Shown here piece after piece: positions 38,824 to 49,100 of a stretch of 64,000 bases of DNA. A model generated the notes under the pieces. That model searched no databases. It was given only the letters and a program-made list of their open reading frames with translations, and was not told where the DNA came from. Positions within the stretch are counted from its first letter, which is position 1; each line of letters opens with the position of its first letter. Source of the stretch: Thermodesulfobacteriota bacterium. Its GTDB lineage: Bacteria > Desulfobacterota_D > UBA1144 > Nemesobacterales > Mycalebacteriaceae. The position numbers were made by a program, and so were the translations under genes. Location of the stretch: assembly GCA_965205855.1 (NCBI GenBank), contig OZ242184.1:1216001-1280000 (forward strand), written 5' to 3'.

Positions 38824-39524
38824 GACTGGTTTTCAAAAACAACCTTTCTGAAAGTGAGCGAAACCCTGTGGCTTCTTTTATAGACTTCGTCTTTCCATTT
38901 GTCCGACTTTCTCGCGGGAATGCTGTGAAACCACCACCATCTTGAGTCGCCTTTCATTGAAACTACGCTACACGGCTCAAGCCAGACCGGAATGGGCTTA
39001 AACTCTTTTGCCGGTTTTTTTACATCAAGGCGGTCTCCGGTTTTTTCGGCTTTTATGAACTCCATAACACAACCCGAACCCAGACTCATTGTGATAATTG
39101 TGTCGCCGAAACACGGCTCACAGTCAACATGGCGGGCAATGCCCTGCCCCGGTTCGTATTCGTTGACAATCACCTGATCGGGAATATCCGCAATCAAACC
39201 GTCTTTGTGGAGTTTTTTGGCAATTTTCGCAAGCGGAGCGGGCAAATCCCCAAGTTGCATATCGGAACGAACCTTTCTCGCTTTGTAGTCGTATCTCCAG
39301 CCGTAATGCTGAACACGGCGTTCGAGGTCGGTTATCCACGATTGGCTGTCTATCCAGTTTAGAAAGTCCGCTTCTTCGGCTTTTGTGATGTAATCAAGTT
39401 TGTATTCAAGACCGGGGATTTTGTTTGTAATTTGCCGGATTTCGTCGGCGGTAACGGCGGGTTGCAAACTCTCGTAATCAAGAGCGGTTTCGGAGAGGGA
39501 AAGTTGTGCTTGTTCCGTGTTCAT
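38820..39524 (-). CDS. AlkB-family 2OG-Fe(II) dioxygenase
   Basis: RRVQHYG..Y.Y, DQ.IVNEY.PGQGI..H.D, SLGS, W.H.I, R.SLTFR. Confidence 0.9.
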   Translation of the reverse strand: MNTEQAQLSLSETALDYESLQPAVTADEIRQITNKIPGLEYKLDYITKAEEADFLNWIDSQSWITDLERRVQHYGWRYDYKARKVRSDMQLGDLPAPLAKIAKKLHKDGLIADIPDQVIVNEYEPGQGIARHVDCEPCFGDTIITMSLGSGCVMEFIKAEKTGDRLDVKKPAKEFKPIPVWLEPCSVVSMKGDSRWWWFHSIPARKSDKWKDEVYKRSHRVSLTFRKVVFENQS

Positions 39525-39537
39525 CTATACCTGTCTC

Positions 39538-40116
39538 TTAAAGCATTATCACATCTGTAATTATATCACAATAGACTGGGTTTTCTCTTCCGTAACCAAC
39601 ACACTTGGGCATATCAGGAATGGAGTTAAACCCTTCCATAAGTTCTTTCAGTTTTTCCCAGTTGGAGTGAAAATAGTTATCATCGGGGTTTTGATAAACG
39701 GCGTAAATATCTGAGCATGGGAATGCTGAAACAGTCTGTTTCACAGCTTCATAAATCTGGGAAATATCACCTTTGAAAGTTGTGGGCGAAAGAAGAAAGC
39801 AAAAATTCAATATGACAACCGTACTGTTCAGAAAATCGGGAGTTTCTTTAATAACAGCTGGTAATTCCTCAAATTTCTCGCAAAAACGTCTGCTCCTGTC
39901 TGGTATTCCACACAAGCCAATAGATTCGTCCGCTTTTTTGAGCATTTCAGGCGCTATGTCTATTCCGATATAGTGAAAATCACCTTGCTCAAGGTCACTA
40001 AAAGCAACCCCCGATGTTCCGGGGCCGCAACCGAAATCTATCAGAATGGCTCCGGCAAAGCTTTCGTGCTTCTCAAATAAAACTTGAAAAACTTCGCGAG
40101 AGCTTGAGTAATGCAT
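39538..40116 (-). CDS. Class I SAM-dependent methyltransferase-like protein, possibly 5'-decayed
   Basis: LIDFGCGPGT and YIGID...EML; no good start further upstream in frame. Confidence 0.6.
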   Translation of the reverse strand: MHYSSSREVFQVLFEKHESFAGAILIDFGCGPGTSGVAFSDLEQGDFHYIGIDIAPEMLKKADESIGLCGIPDRSRRFCEKFEELPAVIKETPDFLNSTVVILNFCFLLSPTTFKGDISQIYEAVKQTVSAFPCSDIYAVYQNPDDNYFHSNWEKLKELMEGFNSIPDMPKCVGYGRENPVYCDIITDVIML

Positions 40117-40329
40117 CTCAAAATAACATCCAAGGTAAGTCAGAACTCTTTGTTGACCCTGTCCGGTTCGCGGAAATCCGCCGAGCCATGCTTCAAAGTA
40201 TCTCGATAGAAAATGTTTATACCATTTTCCTTTGGCAGAACATTATTTCAATCTTGCCACAATTGTTTACTTACAATTTCGTAGTTTTTTACTTGAGCCC
40301 TCCCGTAGATTTGAAAAGACAAACCCATC

Positions 40330-40359
40330 GGAACCGGACGCCAAGTCCGGCTCCTTTTT
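40330..40359. terminator. Hairpin downstream of atpE (putative terminator)
   Basis: CCGGAC-gccaa-GTCCGG core extended by GGAA/CTCC; T-run on the plus side. Confidence 0.5.
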
Positions 40360-40391
40360 CGGATCGATTTGAGATTTATGCCACTACCGGA

Positions 40392-40715
40392 TCAGATTTT
40401 GCCCTGAAGCAGAAACGCTATCAGAAGCGCGTAAATGACGAGCGACTCAATCAGAGCAAGACCGATAATCATCGGGGTCTGTATCTTTGACGCCGCTCCG
40501 GGGTTTCTTGCGATTCCCTCAAGAGCCGCCGCAGTTGCGTGACCCTGACCGAGGCCGGCAATCGCCGCAGCGATGCCGATTCCAAGACCCGCCCCGAGTC
40601 CTATGCCAAGTTTGGCAAGGTCTCCGGTTTCACCCGAAGCCGCGAGAGCGTCCGGAGCGAAAGAGAAAACCCCGGCGATAAGAACCGCCGCTAACGTAAA
40701 AATAAACTTTTTCAT
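40392..40715 (-). CDS. atpE: ATP synthase F0 subunit c with N-terminal signal-like extension
   Basis: G.GLG.G.A, GQG, IARNP, LALIESL.IY; AGGAGG SD before ATG 40715. Confidence 0.95.
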   Translation of the reverse strand: MKKFIFTLAAVLIAGVFSFAPDALAASGETGDLAKLGIGLGAGLGIGIAAAIAGLGQGHATAAALEGIARNPGAASKIQTPMIIGLALIESLVIYALLIAFLLQGKI

Positions 40716-40767
40716 CTTACTTCCTCCTTTTGTAAGGTTTTTTGTTTTGTAAATCTCCAAAATCAAA

Positions 40768-41454
40768 TCAGTGATGCGACTCCGCAAGGGATATATAAAT
40801 TGCGGAAAGCACGGTAAATATAAACGCCTGAAGAAAACTGACAAATATGCCCAGCGCGATAAAAACTGCGGGGATTATAAAATGAGTGAGGTTTGTGAAA
40901 ACGCCCAGGACCATGTGGTCTCCCGTGATGTTCATAAAGAGACGCAGAGAAAGCGAAACCGGACGCACTATGTGGCTCACTATTTCAATAAGCAACATAA
41001 GGGGGGCAAGAAAAACGACGGGCCCCAGAAACTGCCTCACATAGCCACCTCCGTGAGCACGGAATCCGTAGTAGTTATACATTATGAAAATCAAAATTCC
41101 GAAAGCGAGAGTGGTATTCAAAACCCCTGTCGGCGGCAGAAAACCAGGAACTATTCCAAGCAAGTTGCAGAAAAGTATGAAGAAGAACGAACCGGCAAGC
41201 AAAGGGAAGTAATGTTTGGCTTTTTCGCGCGAGCCGAGAATGTTTGTGAGCATAGTAAGCAGAAAATCTATGCCTATAAGCTCCACAAAGTTTCTGAAAG
41301 AAGCGCGCTCCGAAGGCAAATCGGATGTGTCCGTGGCAAGACTCCGTTTGAAGAAAATCCCCGCGACAACAAGAAAGACGACAACCACACAAAGCCCTAT
41401 TATGTGGTCAATATCACCAAAGCCCAATAATGTGAACCAACTAAAATGTCCCAC
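40768..41454 (-). CDS. atpB: ATP synthase F0 subunit a
   Basis: N..G..PG..PPT, IE..SH..RP.SLSLRLF.N, LQAFIF..L...YI. Confidence 0.95.
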   Translation of the reverse strand: MGHFSWFTLLGFGDIDHIIGLCVVVVFLVVAGIFFKRSLATDTSDLPSERASFRNFVELIGIDFLLTMLTNILGSREKAKHYFPLLAGSFFFILFCNLLGIVPGFLPPTGVLNTTLAFGILIFIMYNYYGFRAHGGGYVRQFLGPVVFLAPLMLLIEIVSHIVRPVSLSLRLFMNITGDHMVLGVFTNLTHFIIPAVFIALGIFVSFLQAFIFTVLSAIYISLAESHH

Positions 41455-41812
41455 TTTGCGAAATAAGACCAGCCGTTATGATTCCCACGACGCCGGCGGT
41501 CAGCCCGGTAATAAAACCTAAAATATCCAATCTTGCAAACACAATCAAAAAAACCGCAATTGCCGCAAGCACGGCTATCTTCATAAAAAACAGAACCGCT
41601 ACCCTTGCCCCCGAAATTTTGCCGCTCCCTTCCGGTTTTGTGAACACTGACACTATAAGCCGCAAAACGGCGACATCGGCCGCAAATAGTAAACCCGCGC
41701 ACGCGGCGGCAAACCCGAAACCGGCGCCGAAAGCAAACCAGCCAAAACCTGCGGCAACACATGAAAACACAAAAGCCAAAACCTCCGGCGCGCGTATGCT
41801 CAATCCCTTCAT
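41441..41812 (-). CDS. atpI: ATP synthase protein I (AtpI-like)
   Basis: Four hydrophobic segments; position between atpZ and atpB. Confidence 0.7.
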   Translation of the reverse strand: MKGLSIRAPEVLAFVFSCVAAGFGWFAFGAGFGFAAACAGLLFAADVAVLRLIVSVFTKPEGSGKISGARVAVLFFMKIAVLAAIAVFLIVFARLDILGFITGLTAGVVGIITAGLISQSGTF

Positions 41813-41825
41813 TATATCTCTTCCC

Positions 41826-42023
41826 TCATTGCGAAAACTTTTTCAACGTTTGGAAAAGCAGAATAAACCCGCCCGCCGCTCCGAGTGCAAGCCCCGCGAC
41901 AGTCATATAGGGAGTTTCGCCGCCGAACCTACGGTCAAGAAAATCCCCCGCGAAAAGCCCCGCAGCGACCGAAGACGCCATCTCAATTCCCAGAACCGCG
42001 AAAATCATCCATCTGTTTTTCAT
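41826..42023 (-). CDS. AtpZ/AtpI-family small membrane protein
   Basis: G.E.A......G..G..LD..F...P.....GL..G...GF. Confidence 0.8.
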   Translation of the reverse strand: MKNRWMIFAVLGIEMASSVAAGLFAGDFLDRRFGGETPYMTVAGLALGAAGGFILLFQTLKKFSQ

Positions 42024-43345
42024 TCGCCGTCTCTCATGACGGACTGCAAAGCGAAGCCAAAAGCCGCGACCGTCTTCTCTATGTCTTTCTCCGTGTGGGC
42101 TTTTGACACAAAAGCCGCTTCAAACTGCGAAGGCGGGAAAAGCACGCCCTTTGAGCGTAGCGCGGAGTGAAAAACACCGAAGGCGCGGGTGTCTGAACCA
42201 AGCGCGCAATCGTAGTCCGTAACCGGGTCGGGCGAGAAAAAAATCGTAAGCATCGAGCCGACCGAATTGACAGTAACAGGCGCGCCCGCGCGCCGCGCCG
42301 CCTCCCTTGCTCCCTCGGCGAGACGCGCTGCCATGCGCTCAATTCCGCGGACTCCGACGGCTCCGCCGATACCCTTTATGGTCGCAATCCCCGCCGCGAC
42401 GGCAATCGGGTTGCCCGAAAGCGTTCCCGCCTGATAGACAGGGCCAAGAGGGGAAAGCATATCCATAATCTCTGTGCGCGCTCCAAACGCACCGACCGGA
42501 AGCCCGCCGCCGATAATTTTGCCAAGACAGGTTATGTCGGGAGTTACGCCAAAAACCCCTTGCGCTCCGCAACCGTCTTTGCCGTAAAGCCGGAAACCCG
42601 TTATCACCTCGTCAAATATCAACAACGCACCGTGCTTATGCGACACCTTCTTCAAAGTTTGTAGAAACGCGCGCGCCGGAGGCACAACCCCCATGTTCGC
42701 GGCGACCGGCTCCACAACTATCGCAGCGATACCGCTGCTGTGGCGCTTGAAAATCCTTTCTACCGAATCGGTGTCGTTGTATCGGGCGACAAGCGTTTTG
42801 GACGCAAAAGACTTCGGCACCCCCGCGCTTCCCGGATTGCCGAAAGTGGTCGCGCCGGAACCGGCTTTGACAAGCAGATGGTCGGCATGACCGTGATAGC
42901 AACCCTCAAATTTTACAATCAGATCGCGTCCCGTAAACGCTCTGGCAAGACGCACGGCACTCATGAGGGCTTCGGTTCCGGAGTTTGTCATTCTCACCTT
43001 TTCAATTGACTTGAAAGATTTTCTCACAATCCGCGCAATCTCAATCTCCGCCTCGCACGAAACGCCGTAACTTGTTCCCGTCTTTGCCGCGGCGGACACC
43101 GCCCTGACAACAGACGGGTGGGCGTGCCCCAGAATCAGGGGGCCCCATGACGACATATAGTCGGTATAGCGGTTGCCATCCGCGTCATACACATACGCTC
43201 CTTTCGCCTTTGATATGAAAAGAGAAGAGCCACCAACCGCTCCGAAAGAGCGCACGGGGCTGTTCACTCCGCCCACAAGGAGTTTTCGCGCCGAAGAGAA
43301 AAGCGCAGACGATTTGGAGTTGCGAGGTTCGGTTTTTTTTACCAA
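42020..43345 (-). CDS. hemL: Glutamate-1-semialdehyde 2,1-aminomutase
   Basis: GGVNSPVR, SWGPLILGH, SGTEA, KFEGCYHGH, FDEVITGFR, GKIIGGG.PVG, YQAGTLSGNP; likely TTG start 43345. Confidence 0.97.
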   Translation of the reverse strand: MVKKTEPRNSKSSALFSSARKLLVGGVNSPVRSFGAVGGSSLFISKAKGAYVYDADGNRYTDYMSSWGPLILGHAHPSVVRAVSAAAKTGTSYGVSCEAEIEIARIVRKSFKSIEKVRMTNSGTEALMSAVRLARAFTGRDLIVKFEGCYHGHADHLLVKAGSGATTFGNPGSAGVPKSFASKTLVARYNDTDSVERIFKRHSSGIAAIVVEPVAANMGVVPPARAFLQTLKKVSHKHGALLIFDEVITGFRLYGKDGCGAQGVFGVTPDITCLGKIIGGGLPVGAFGARTEIMDMLSPLGPVYQAGTLSGNPIAVAAGIATIKGIGGAVGVRGIERMAARLAEGAREAARRAGAPVTVNSVGSMLTIFFSPDPVTDYDCALGSDTRAFGVFHSALRSKGVLFPPSQFEAAFVSKAHTEKDIEKTVAAFGFALQSVMRDGE

Positions 43346-43461
43346 TTTACGACCCAGCGGCGCAGAAGGCGCCGGACGTTTGCCGCTTGCATAGTATAAG
43401 AGCGCACGGAGTTTTTCAATTATTCGCTCCGGCGGTTTATAATGAAGAGAGATTTTCGCAG

Positions 43462-44679
43462 ATGAGCAAAAAAAACTCCGCACAGCCCCGGTATATCCTC
43501 ATAGGAATATCCTGCGAAAACGGAATGTTCTCTCTTCCGGCCGATTCGGAGAGTGCGGTGCGCGAAAGCCGGGTTTTTTCGGGCGGAAAAAGGCATTTTG
43601 AAAAAATCCGGCGGTTCCTCCCTGCGGACGCGCAGTGGATTGAGATTGGCGGAGACATTGAAGAAACTCTGCGCCTTTACGATGAGCGTCTGAAAAACGC
43701 AAACGCTAAAATTGTAATCTTCGCGTCTGGCGACCCTCTTTTCTACGGAATCGGCTCCACACTCAAACGTCTGCGCCCCGATTGCGGACTTGAGATTTTC
43801 CCCGCTCCAAACAGCGTTCAAACCCTTTGCCGCAAAACCGTCATACCGTATGAAAACATGGTCACGGCATCGGTTCACGGAAGGGACTGGCACGAACTTG
43901 ACCGCGCTCTCATAGCGGGAGAAAAACTGATAGGACTCCTCACCGATATGGCAAATTCCCCCTCGGCGGCGGCGCGCCGGATGATTGAATACGGCTTTGA
44001 AAGCTACAGGTGCATAACCGGAGAAAATCTTGGTGAAAAAGATGAAAGAACGGGCGTTTTCTCCGTGCGAGAGATGGAGGAGACGGAATTCAAACAGCCG
44101 TGCGTTGTGATACTTGAGAGAACGGAGAAAACCGGACGGCAGACAGCGGACGGGGATTTTGAAACTCTTGAAGGCAAGCCCGGAATGATATCCAAACTTC
44201 CGGCGCGCGCGTGTGCGATTTCACGACTTTGTCTGCGCGGGGCGGAGCATTTCTGGGACATCGGTTTCTGTACGGGCGCAGTCTCGGTGGAGGCGAGGCG
44301 CGGGTTTGCTGCGCTGCGTGTTACGGCATTTGAAAAAAACCGCGCTTGTGAAAAACTGATTGAAGCGAACTCAAAAAAATTCTCCGCGCCGGGAATAAAA
44401 GTTGTAATGGGGAATTTTTTTGAATCGGAGCCGGAGAAACTCCCGCCGCCGGATGCCGTTTTCATAGGCGGACACGGGGGACGACTTGCGGAAATGATGA
44501 AAATTGTCGGAAAAATCATCCCCGCGGGAGGAAGAACGGCTATCAACAGCGTTACGGAAAAAAGCGGAAAAATTTTCCGCGACAGCGCGGACTCTTTCGG
44601 TTTTCAAATGGAAGAATCAACCCGCCTGCCATCGGGAACCGAAAAAGGCATTGAGATATTGAGCGCGGTGAAAAAATGA
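43462..44679 (+). CDS. cbiE: Precorrin-6Y C5,15-methyltransferase (CbiE-CbiT / CobL fusion)
   Basis: GG.RH, ASGDPLFYG.G, SVHGR, GE.LG, WDIG.CTG.VS.E, PDAVFIGG. Confidence 0.88.
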   Translation: MSKKNSAQPRYILIGISCENGMFSLPADSESAVRESRVFSGGKRHFEKIRRFLPADAQWIEIGGDIEETLRLYDERLKNANAKIVIFASGDPLFYGIGSTLKRLRPDCGLEIFPAPNSVQTLCRKTVIPYENMVTASVHGRDWHELDRALIAGEKLIGLLTDMANSPSAAARRMIEYGFESYRCITGENLGEKDERTGVFSVREMEETEFKQPCVVILERTEKTGRQTADGDFETLEGKPGMISKLPARACAISRLCLRGAEHFWDIGFCTGAVSVEARRGFAALRVTAFEKNRACEKLIEANSKKFSAPGIKVVMGNFFESEPEKLPPPDAVFIGGHGGRLAEMMKIVGKIIPAGGRTAINSVTEKSGKIFRDSADSFGFQMEESTRLPSGTEKGIEILSAVKK

Positions 44680-46238
44680 AAAGAACCGCTATAGTGGCAG
44701 TGTCCGAAACCGGAATAAAAATAGCCCGTGAGATTAAGAAGAAAACGGGCGGAGAGAAAAATACCACCGATATTGTGTCAACAAAAAAAGGCGCAGGCCT
44801 CAAAACGGTTAAATCGGTTTCCGGTTTTACCGCGAAACGGTTTGACGATTACAACGCTTTTATTTTCATCGGCGCACTCGGAATTTGCGTTCGTTGCGTC
44901 GCCCCAAACATAAAAAATAAAAAAACGGATCCGGCTGTCATAAATGTTTCCGAAGACAAACTTTTCTCCCAATCGGTTTTATCGGGACATGAGGGTGGAG
45001 CCAATGAGTTGGCGGAAAAAACCGCCAGAATTATCGGAGCCAGTCCGGTTATTACCACGGCGACTGAAACCCGTCCGAAATCGCTTTGTATCGGTCTGGG
45101 AAGCCAGCGGGGAATAGAATCCTCGGATTTCATAAAATCGTTTGAAAAAGAGATGAAAAAGCGCGGATTTTCGCCGCTTGATATAGGGGCGATAGCGTCG
45201 GCAAAAATAAAAAAATCGGAACCCGCTTTTGCCGCGCTCGCAGTGAAACTGGGTGTTCCCTTTTATTCTCTGGATGAAAAACGGCTGGCAAAAATTCCCA
45301 AGCCCAACCCGTCTGTGATTGTTATGAAAAAAACCGGAACCGACGGCGTTTGCGAACCGGCCGCGCTTGCGGTTACGGGGGCGAAAAAACTCTTGCTTGA
45401 AAAAACAAAAATAACCCTGCCTTCGGGGAAAAAATACACCTTCGCGGTTGCGGAGAACTCCGGCGCGGACGGGCTTGTGGCGATAGTCGGAGCCGGACCG
45501 GGAGACCCGCGTCTTATCACGGTTGAGGGGCGAGATTTAATACGGCGGGCGGATTTAATTCTTTACGCCGGAAGCCTTGTTCCCGAAAATCTGACCGCTG
45601 GGACAAAAACCGGAGCCGTGGTAAAAAACTCCGCCGTTATGACTCTTGAGACGCAGACAAAACTTATGGAAAAGTTTTATAAAAAAGGCACGTTAATCGT
45701 CCGCCTTCATTCGGGCGACCCGTCAATATACGGGGCGACCGCGGAACAGATGGAAATTCTTGAGAAAAAAGGGATGAAATATGTAATTGTGCCTGGGGTT
45801 TCCTCTTTTCAGGCGGCGGCGGCGAAACTCGGAACGGAATTGACCGCGCCGGAGATTTCGCAGTCAATAATTCTCACAAGAGGCGAGGGAAAAACTCCTA
45901 TGCCGGAGCGGGAAAAACTTTCAGAGATGGCAAAACACCGCGCCGCGATGTGCATTTTTCTGAGCGTGAAAATGGCACGCAAAGTTCAAAAGCAGTTGCT
46001 TGAACACTACGCGCCCGAAACTCCTATCGCGGTTCTTTTCCGCGTAACATGGGAGGATGAAAAGATATGGCGCGGAGAATTGAAAAACCTTGCCGATATT
46101 GTGAGGGAAAACAAACTCACGCGGACGGTTCTTATTCTGGTAGGAGACGCGCTCAAATCCCGTGGAACGCGATCGCATCTTTATCATCCGGAGTGGAGGC
46201 ATCTTTTCCGGGCGAAAAGGGAAACGGAAATGGTTTAA
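44676..46238 (+). CDS. cobM: CbiG - precorrin-4 C11-methyltransferase (CbiF/CobM) fusion
   Basis: A.GICVR..AP....K.TDPAV, LSGH.GGAN, ITTAT, GVCE.AAL; then VGAGPGDP.LIT, YAGSLV, RLH.GDPSIYGA, VPGVSSF, S.LY...H.FR. Confidence 0.88.
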   Translation: MKRTAIVAVSETGIKIAREIKKKTGGEKNTTDIVSTKKGAGLKTVKSVSGFTAKRFDDYNAFIFIGALGICVRCVAPNIKNKKTDPAVINVSEDKLFSQSVLSGHEGGANELAEKTARIIGASPVITTATETRPKSLCIGLGSQRGIESSDFIKSFEKEMKKRGFSPLDIGAIASAKIKKSEPAFAALAVKLGVPFYSLDEKRLAKIPKPNPSVIVMKKTGTDGVCEPAALAVTGAKKLLLEKTKITLPSGKKYTFAVAENSGADGLVAIVGAGPGDPRLITVEGRDLIRRADLILYAGSLVPENLTAGTKTGAVVKNSAVMTLETQTKLMEKFYKKGTLIVRLHSGDPSIYGATAEQMEILEKKGMKYVIVPGVSSFQAAAAKLGTELTAPEISQSIILTRGEGKTPMPEREKLSEMAKHRAAMCIFLSVKMARKVQKQLLEHYAPETPIAVLFRVTWEDEKIWRGELKNLADIVRENKLTRTVLILVGDALKSRGTRSHLYHPEWRHLFRAKRETEMV

Positions 46239-46305
46239 AGTTAAAAGAGGCTCTGAATATGGAAAAATATTTTGCAATTCAGATTGTTTATACGGACGGT
46301 GAAAA

Positions 46306-47088
46306 TTGAAAAACTCCGCGCCAACCATCCTCATATTCGGCGGGACAACCGAAGGGAAAAAAGCCGCCAACGCTCTGGACTCCGAAAAATTGCGTTATTT
46401 TTACTCCACAAAAACCCGCACCGGTTTTCAGCCATCCGCTTTTTGCGACTATATTCACGGTACGTTGGACGACAAGTCTCTGCCAGAGTTTATAAAAAAG
46501 AATAAAATAAAACTGATTGTAAATGCCGCGCACCCTTTTGCCCAACACTTGCACAAAACCGTCTCCGATGTTTGCGGGAAAATGAAAATCCCCGTCATAC
46601 TTTATGAAAGAGAATACCCCGAAAGAATCAGCCATTCGCTTGTCACGTATTGCAGAGACTACAAAGACGCCGTGAAAAAATTAAACAATGAAAAAGGCAT
46701 TTGCCTTATACTTAGCGGAGTACAAACACTTTCGGACTTGAAGCCACTGTGGGAAAGCCGGAAAGATTGCTACGCCCGCATACTACCGCGCGAAACCTCG
46801 GTCGCTCTTGCGGTTAAACAGGGATTTCAAAAAGACCGTCTCATAAGGGAAATGCCGACATCGGACTTAAAAAAAGAAAAAACACTTTTTGACAAACTCA
46901 AAATAAAATCAATTATAACAAAAGAAAGCGGAAACAGCGGAAGTCAGAAAACAAAAATAAAAGCCGCAATTGAAACGGGCGCAAAAACGGTTGTGATTAA
47001 ACGCCCGAAAATTCCGCGGTTTTCCTGCGCGGTTTTTTCGGAAAAAGAGTTGATTAAAAAAACAAGGGAATTCCGCCATGTGCCTTGA
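46306..47088 (+). CDS. cbiJ: Precorrin-6A / cobalt-precorrin-6A reductase
   Basis: ILIFGGTTEG, AAHPFA, RILP, TKESG..G...K..AA, VIKRP. Confidence 0.88.
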   Translation: MKNSAPTILIFGGTTEGKKAANALDSEKLRYFYSTKTRTGFQPSAFCDYIHGTLDDKSLPEFIKKNKIKLIVNAAHPFAQHLHKTVSDVCGKMKIPVILYEREYPERISHSLVTYCRDYKDAVKKLNNEKGICLILSGVQTLSDLKPLWESRKDCYARILPRETSVALAVKQGFQKDRLIREMPTSDLKKEKTLFDKLKIKSIITKESGNSGSQKTKIKAAIETGAKTVVIKRPKIPRFSCAVFSEKELIKKTREFRHVP

Positions 47089-48181
47089 ACCTCCTCCGAA
47101 AAACAGAAAAGCAATGAAAACCGGACACACAACCGGCGCATGTGCGGCGGCGTGCTCAAAAGCGGCCGTTTTAAGTCTGTTGAGACAGAAAAAAATACAA
47201 AAAGTGGAAATTACACTTCCGGGAGGAAAAACGGCGAATTTTGAAATCAACGATTGCGAATATGACAAGAGCAGCGCGACCGCAACAACAATTAAAAACG
47301 CGGGAGATGACCCCGATGTTACGCACGGAGCAGTAATCGGCAGCAAGGTTTCAATAAATCAAACCGGAAAAATAAGGTTTCTGCGCGGAAAAGGAGTAGG
47401 AGAAATAACACTTCCGGGACTGGGAATAAAAGTCGGCGAACCCGCCATAAATGCAGTTCCGAGAAAAATGATGAGCGCCGCAGTGGGAGATTTGCTGGAA
47501 AAAAGCGGACAGGGAAATCCGGGCGCGGACATAACGGTTTTTGTGCCGGAAGGAGAAAAACTTTCGAAAAAAACCCTCAATTCCCGTCTTGGAATCAGAG
47601 GCGGAATATCAATAATAGGCACAACGGGAATTGTGCGCCCGTTTTCAAGCGCGTCATACGTGGCAAGCATATATCAGGCGTTGAAAATAGCGTCCGAAAA
47701 CGGATGCGAGCGCATTGTGGCGTCATCGGGGGGAAGAAGCGAAAATTTTCTGAAAAAGGAGTTTCCCCGTCTTCCGGGCTACGCTTTTATTCAATACGGA
47801 AACTGGGTCGGCAAACTGCTGGACGCGGCGGAGAAAAACCGCGCGCAAGACCTGACCCTTGCGACAATGATAGGCAAAGCGGTTAAACTTGCCACCGGAG
47901 ACATGAACACTCACAGCGGAAAAACCGCCTGGGACAGGGAAGCCATCGTAAAGATAGCGATTAAAGCGGGCGCGGAAAAAGACTCGGCGGCGCTCATAAA
48001 AAATCTGAACGCCGCTGGGCGGATTGTGGAAATTTTCCCGATTCGCGCGGGCGAACAGTTCCATCTGGAATTGCTCAAACAATGCTTCAAACACTGCTCC
48101 GAAAAATTCAGCGGCTCCCTTACGCTCGCGCTTGTCGGAATTGACGGGGAAATAGTGTGGTATCCTGAACGCGATGTCTGA
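47078..48181 (+). CDS. cbiD: Cobalt-precorrin-5B C1-methyltransferase
   Basis: G.TTG.CAAA, K.AGDDPDVTHG, GVG..T.PGL, PAIN.VPR, T.N.RLGI.GGISI.GTTGIV.P.S. Confidence 0.93.
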   Translation: MCLEPPPKNRKAMKTGHTTGACAAACSKAAVLSLLRQKKIQKVEITLPGGKTANFEINDCEYDKSSATATTIKNAGDDPDVTHGAVIGSKVSINQTGKIRFLRGKGVGEITLPGLGIKVGEPAINAVPRKMMSAAVGDLLEKSGQGNPGADITVFVPEGEKLSKKTLNSRLGIRGGISIIGTTGIVRPFSSASYVASIYQALKIASENGCERIVASSGGRSENFLKKEFPRLPGYAFIQYGNWVGKLLDAAEKNRAQDLTLATMIGKAVKLATGDMNTHSGKTAWDREAIVKIAIKAGAEKDSAALIKNLNAAGRIVEIFPIRAGEQFHLELLKQCFKHCSEKFSGSLTLALVGIDGEIVWYPERDV

Positions 48182-49100
48182 AACACCGGCAAAGCATTTC
48201 CCTTTTACGGCGATATGCGGTCAGGACGACCTCAAACTCGCCCTTATTCTCTGTGCCGTTGACGCGCAAATCGGAGGGGTTCTTGTCCGCGGAGAAAAGG
48301 GAACGGGGAAAACCACCGCCGTTCGCGCCATCGGAGATTTGCTTTCGCGTGGCGGACACGATTTTCCGGTTGTAAATCTGCCCATAGGGGCGACAGAGGA
48401 CAGGGTCCTCGGAGCGGTTGACCTTGAAAAACTTATAAATGAGAAAAAACAGTCCGTCCGCACCGGACTTCTTGAACAATCAGACGGCGGATTTCTCTAT
48501 ATTGACGAGATTAATCTGCTTGACGATTACCTGACCGATATTCTTCTTGACGCCGCGGCGACGGGGGAATACATGCTTGAGAGAGATGGAATATCAAGGC
48601 GTATACAGTCCCGCTTCCGCCTTGTGGGAACAATGAACAGGGAAGAAGGCGAACTCAGACCCCAGCTTCTGGACAGATTCGGTCTGTGCGTTGAAGTGAA
48701 ATCGCCCGAAGACCCAAGCACGCGGCAGACAGTCGCGCGGCGGAGAATGGAGTTTGACTCCTCCCCCGAAGCGTTCTCAGCGCGCTTTGAAGAGGAGCAG
48801 GCAAAACTGCGCCTACGCGTAAGCGATGCGGCGGAAAATCTCAACCGTGTGGAAGTCAGTGACAGTATTTTTGAAAAATCGTCCGATATTGCAATCACCG
48901 CCGAAGCCGAGGGAATGAGAGCGGACATACTTATTGTTAAATCGGCGCGCGCCCTTGCATCGCTTGAAGGCAGAAACGAAATTACTGAGGCGGATGTGGA
49001 AAAAGTCGCGCCTTTTGTTCTAAGGCACCGCCGGCGCGGCACGGACGCGGATGAGAAAAAAAAAACTCCGGAACTCCCAACCCTGAAAACGGCGACTTGA
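48174..49100 (+). CDS. Chelatase AAA+ ATPase subunit (ChlI-like; 0-frame product of frameshifted chlD)
   Basis: FPFTAI.GQ, GGVL..GEKGTGKTT, LP.GATEDR..G, LYIDE.NLL, N.EEGELRPQLLDRFG, L.HR. Confidence 0.9.
   Translation: MSETPAKHFPFTAICGQDDLKLALILCAVDAQIGGVLVRGEKGTGKTTAVRAIGDLLSRGGHDFPVVNLPIGATEDRVLGAVDLEKLINEKKQSVRTGLLEQSDGGFLYIDEINLLDDYLTDILLDAAATGEYMLERDGISRRIQSRFRLVGTMNREEGELRPQLLDRFGLCVEVKSPEDPSTRQTVARRRMEFDSSPEAFSARFEEEQAKLRLRVSDAAENLNRVEVSDSIFEKSSDIAITAEAEGMRADILIVKSARALASLEGRNEITEADVEKVAPFVLRHRRRGTDADEKKKTPELPTLKTAT
49056..49065 (+). promoter_or_regulatory. A10 slippery site (putative programmed -1 frameshift / transcriptional slippage)
   Basis: GAG AAA AAA AAA ACT; -1 frame is closed by TGA at 49052-49054 and open from there to 49918. 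Confidence 0.7.

Noticed and set aside
43346-43461. Cobalamin riboswitch upstream of cbiE
   Set aside because: Gap too short and no B12-box or GGGAA core recognised.
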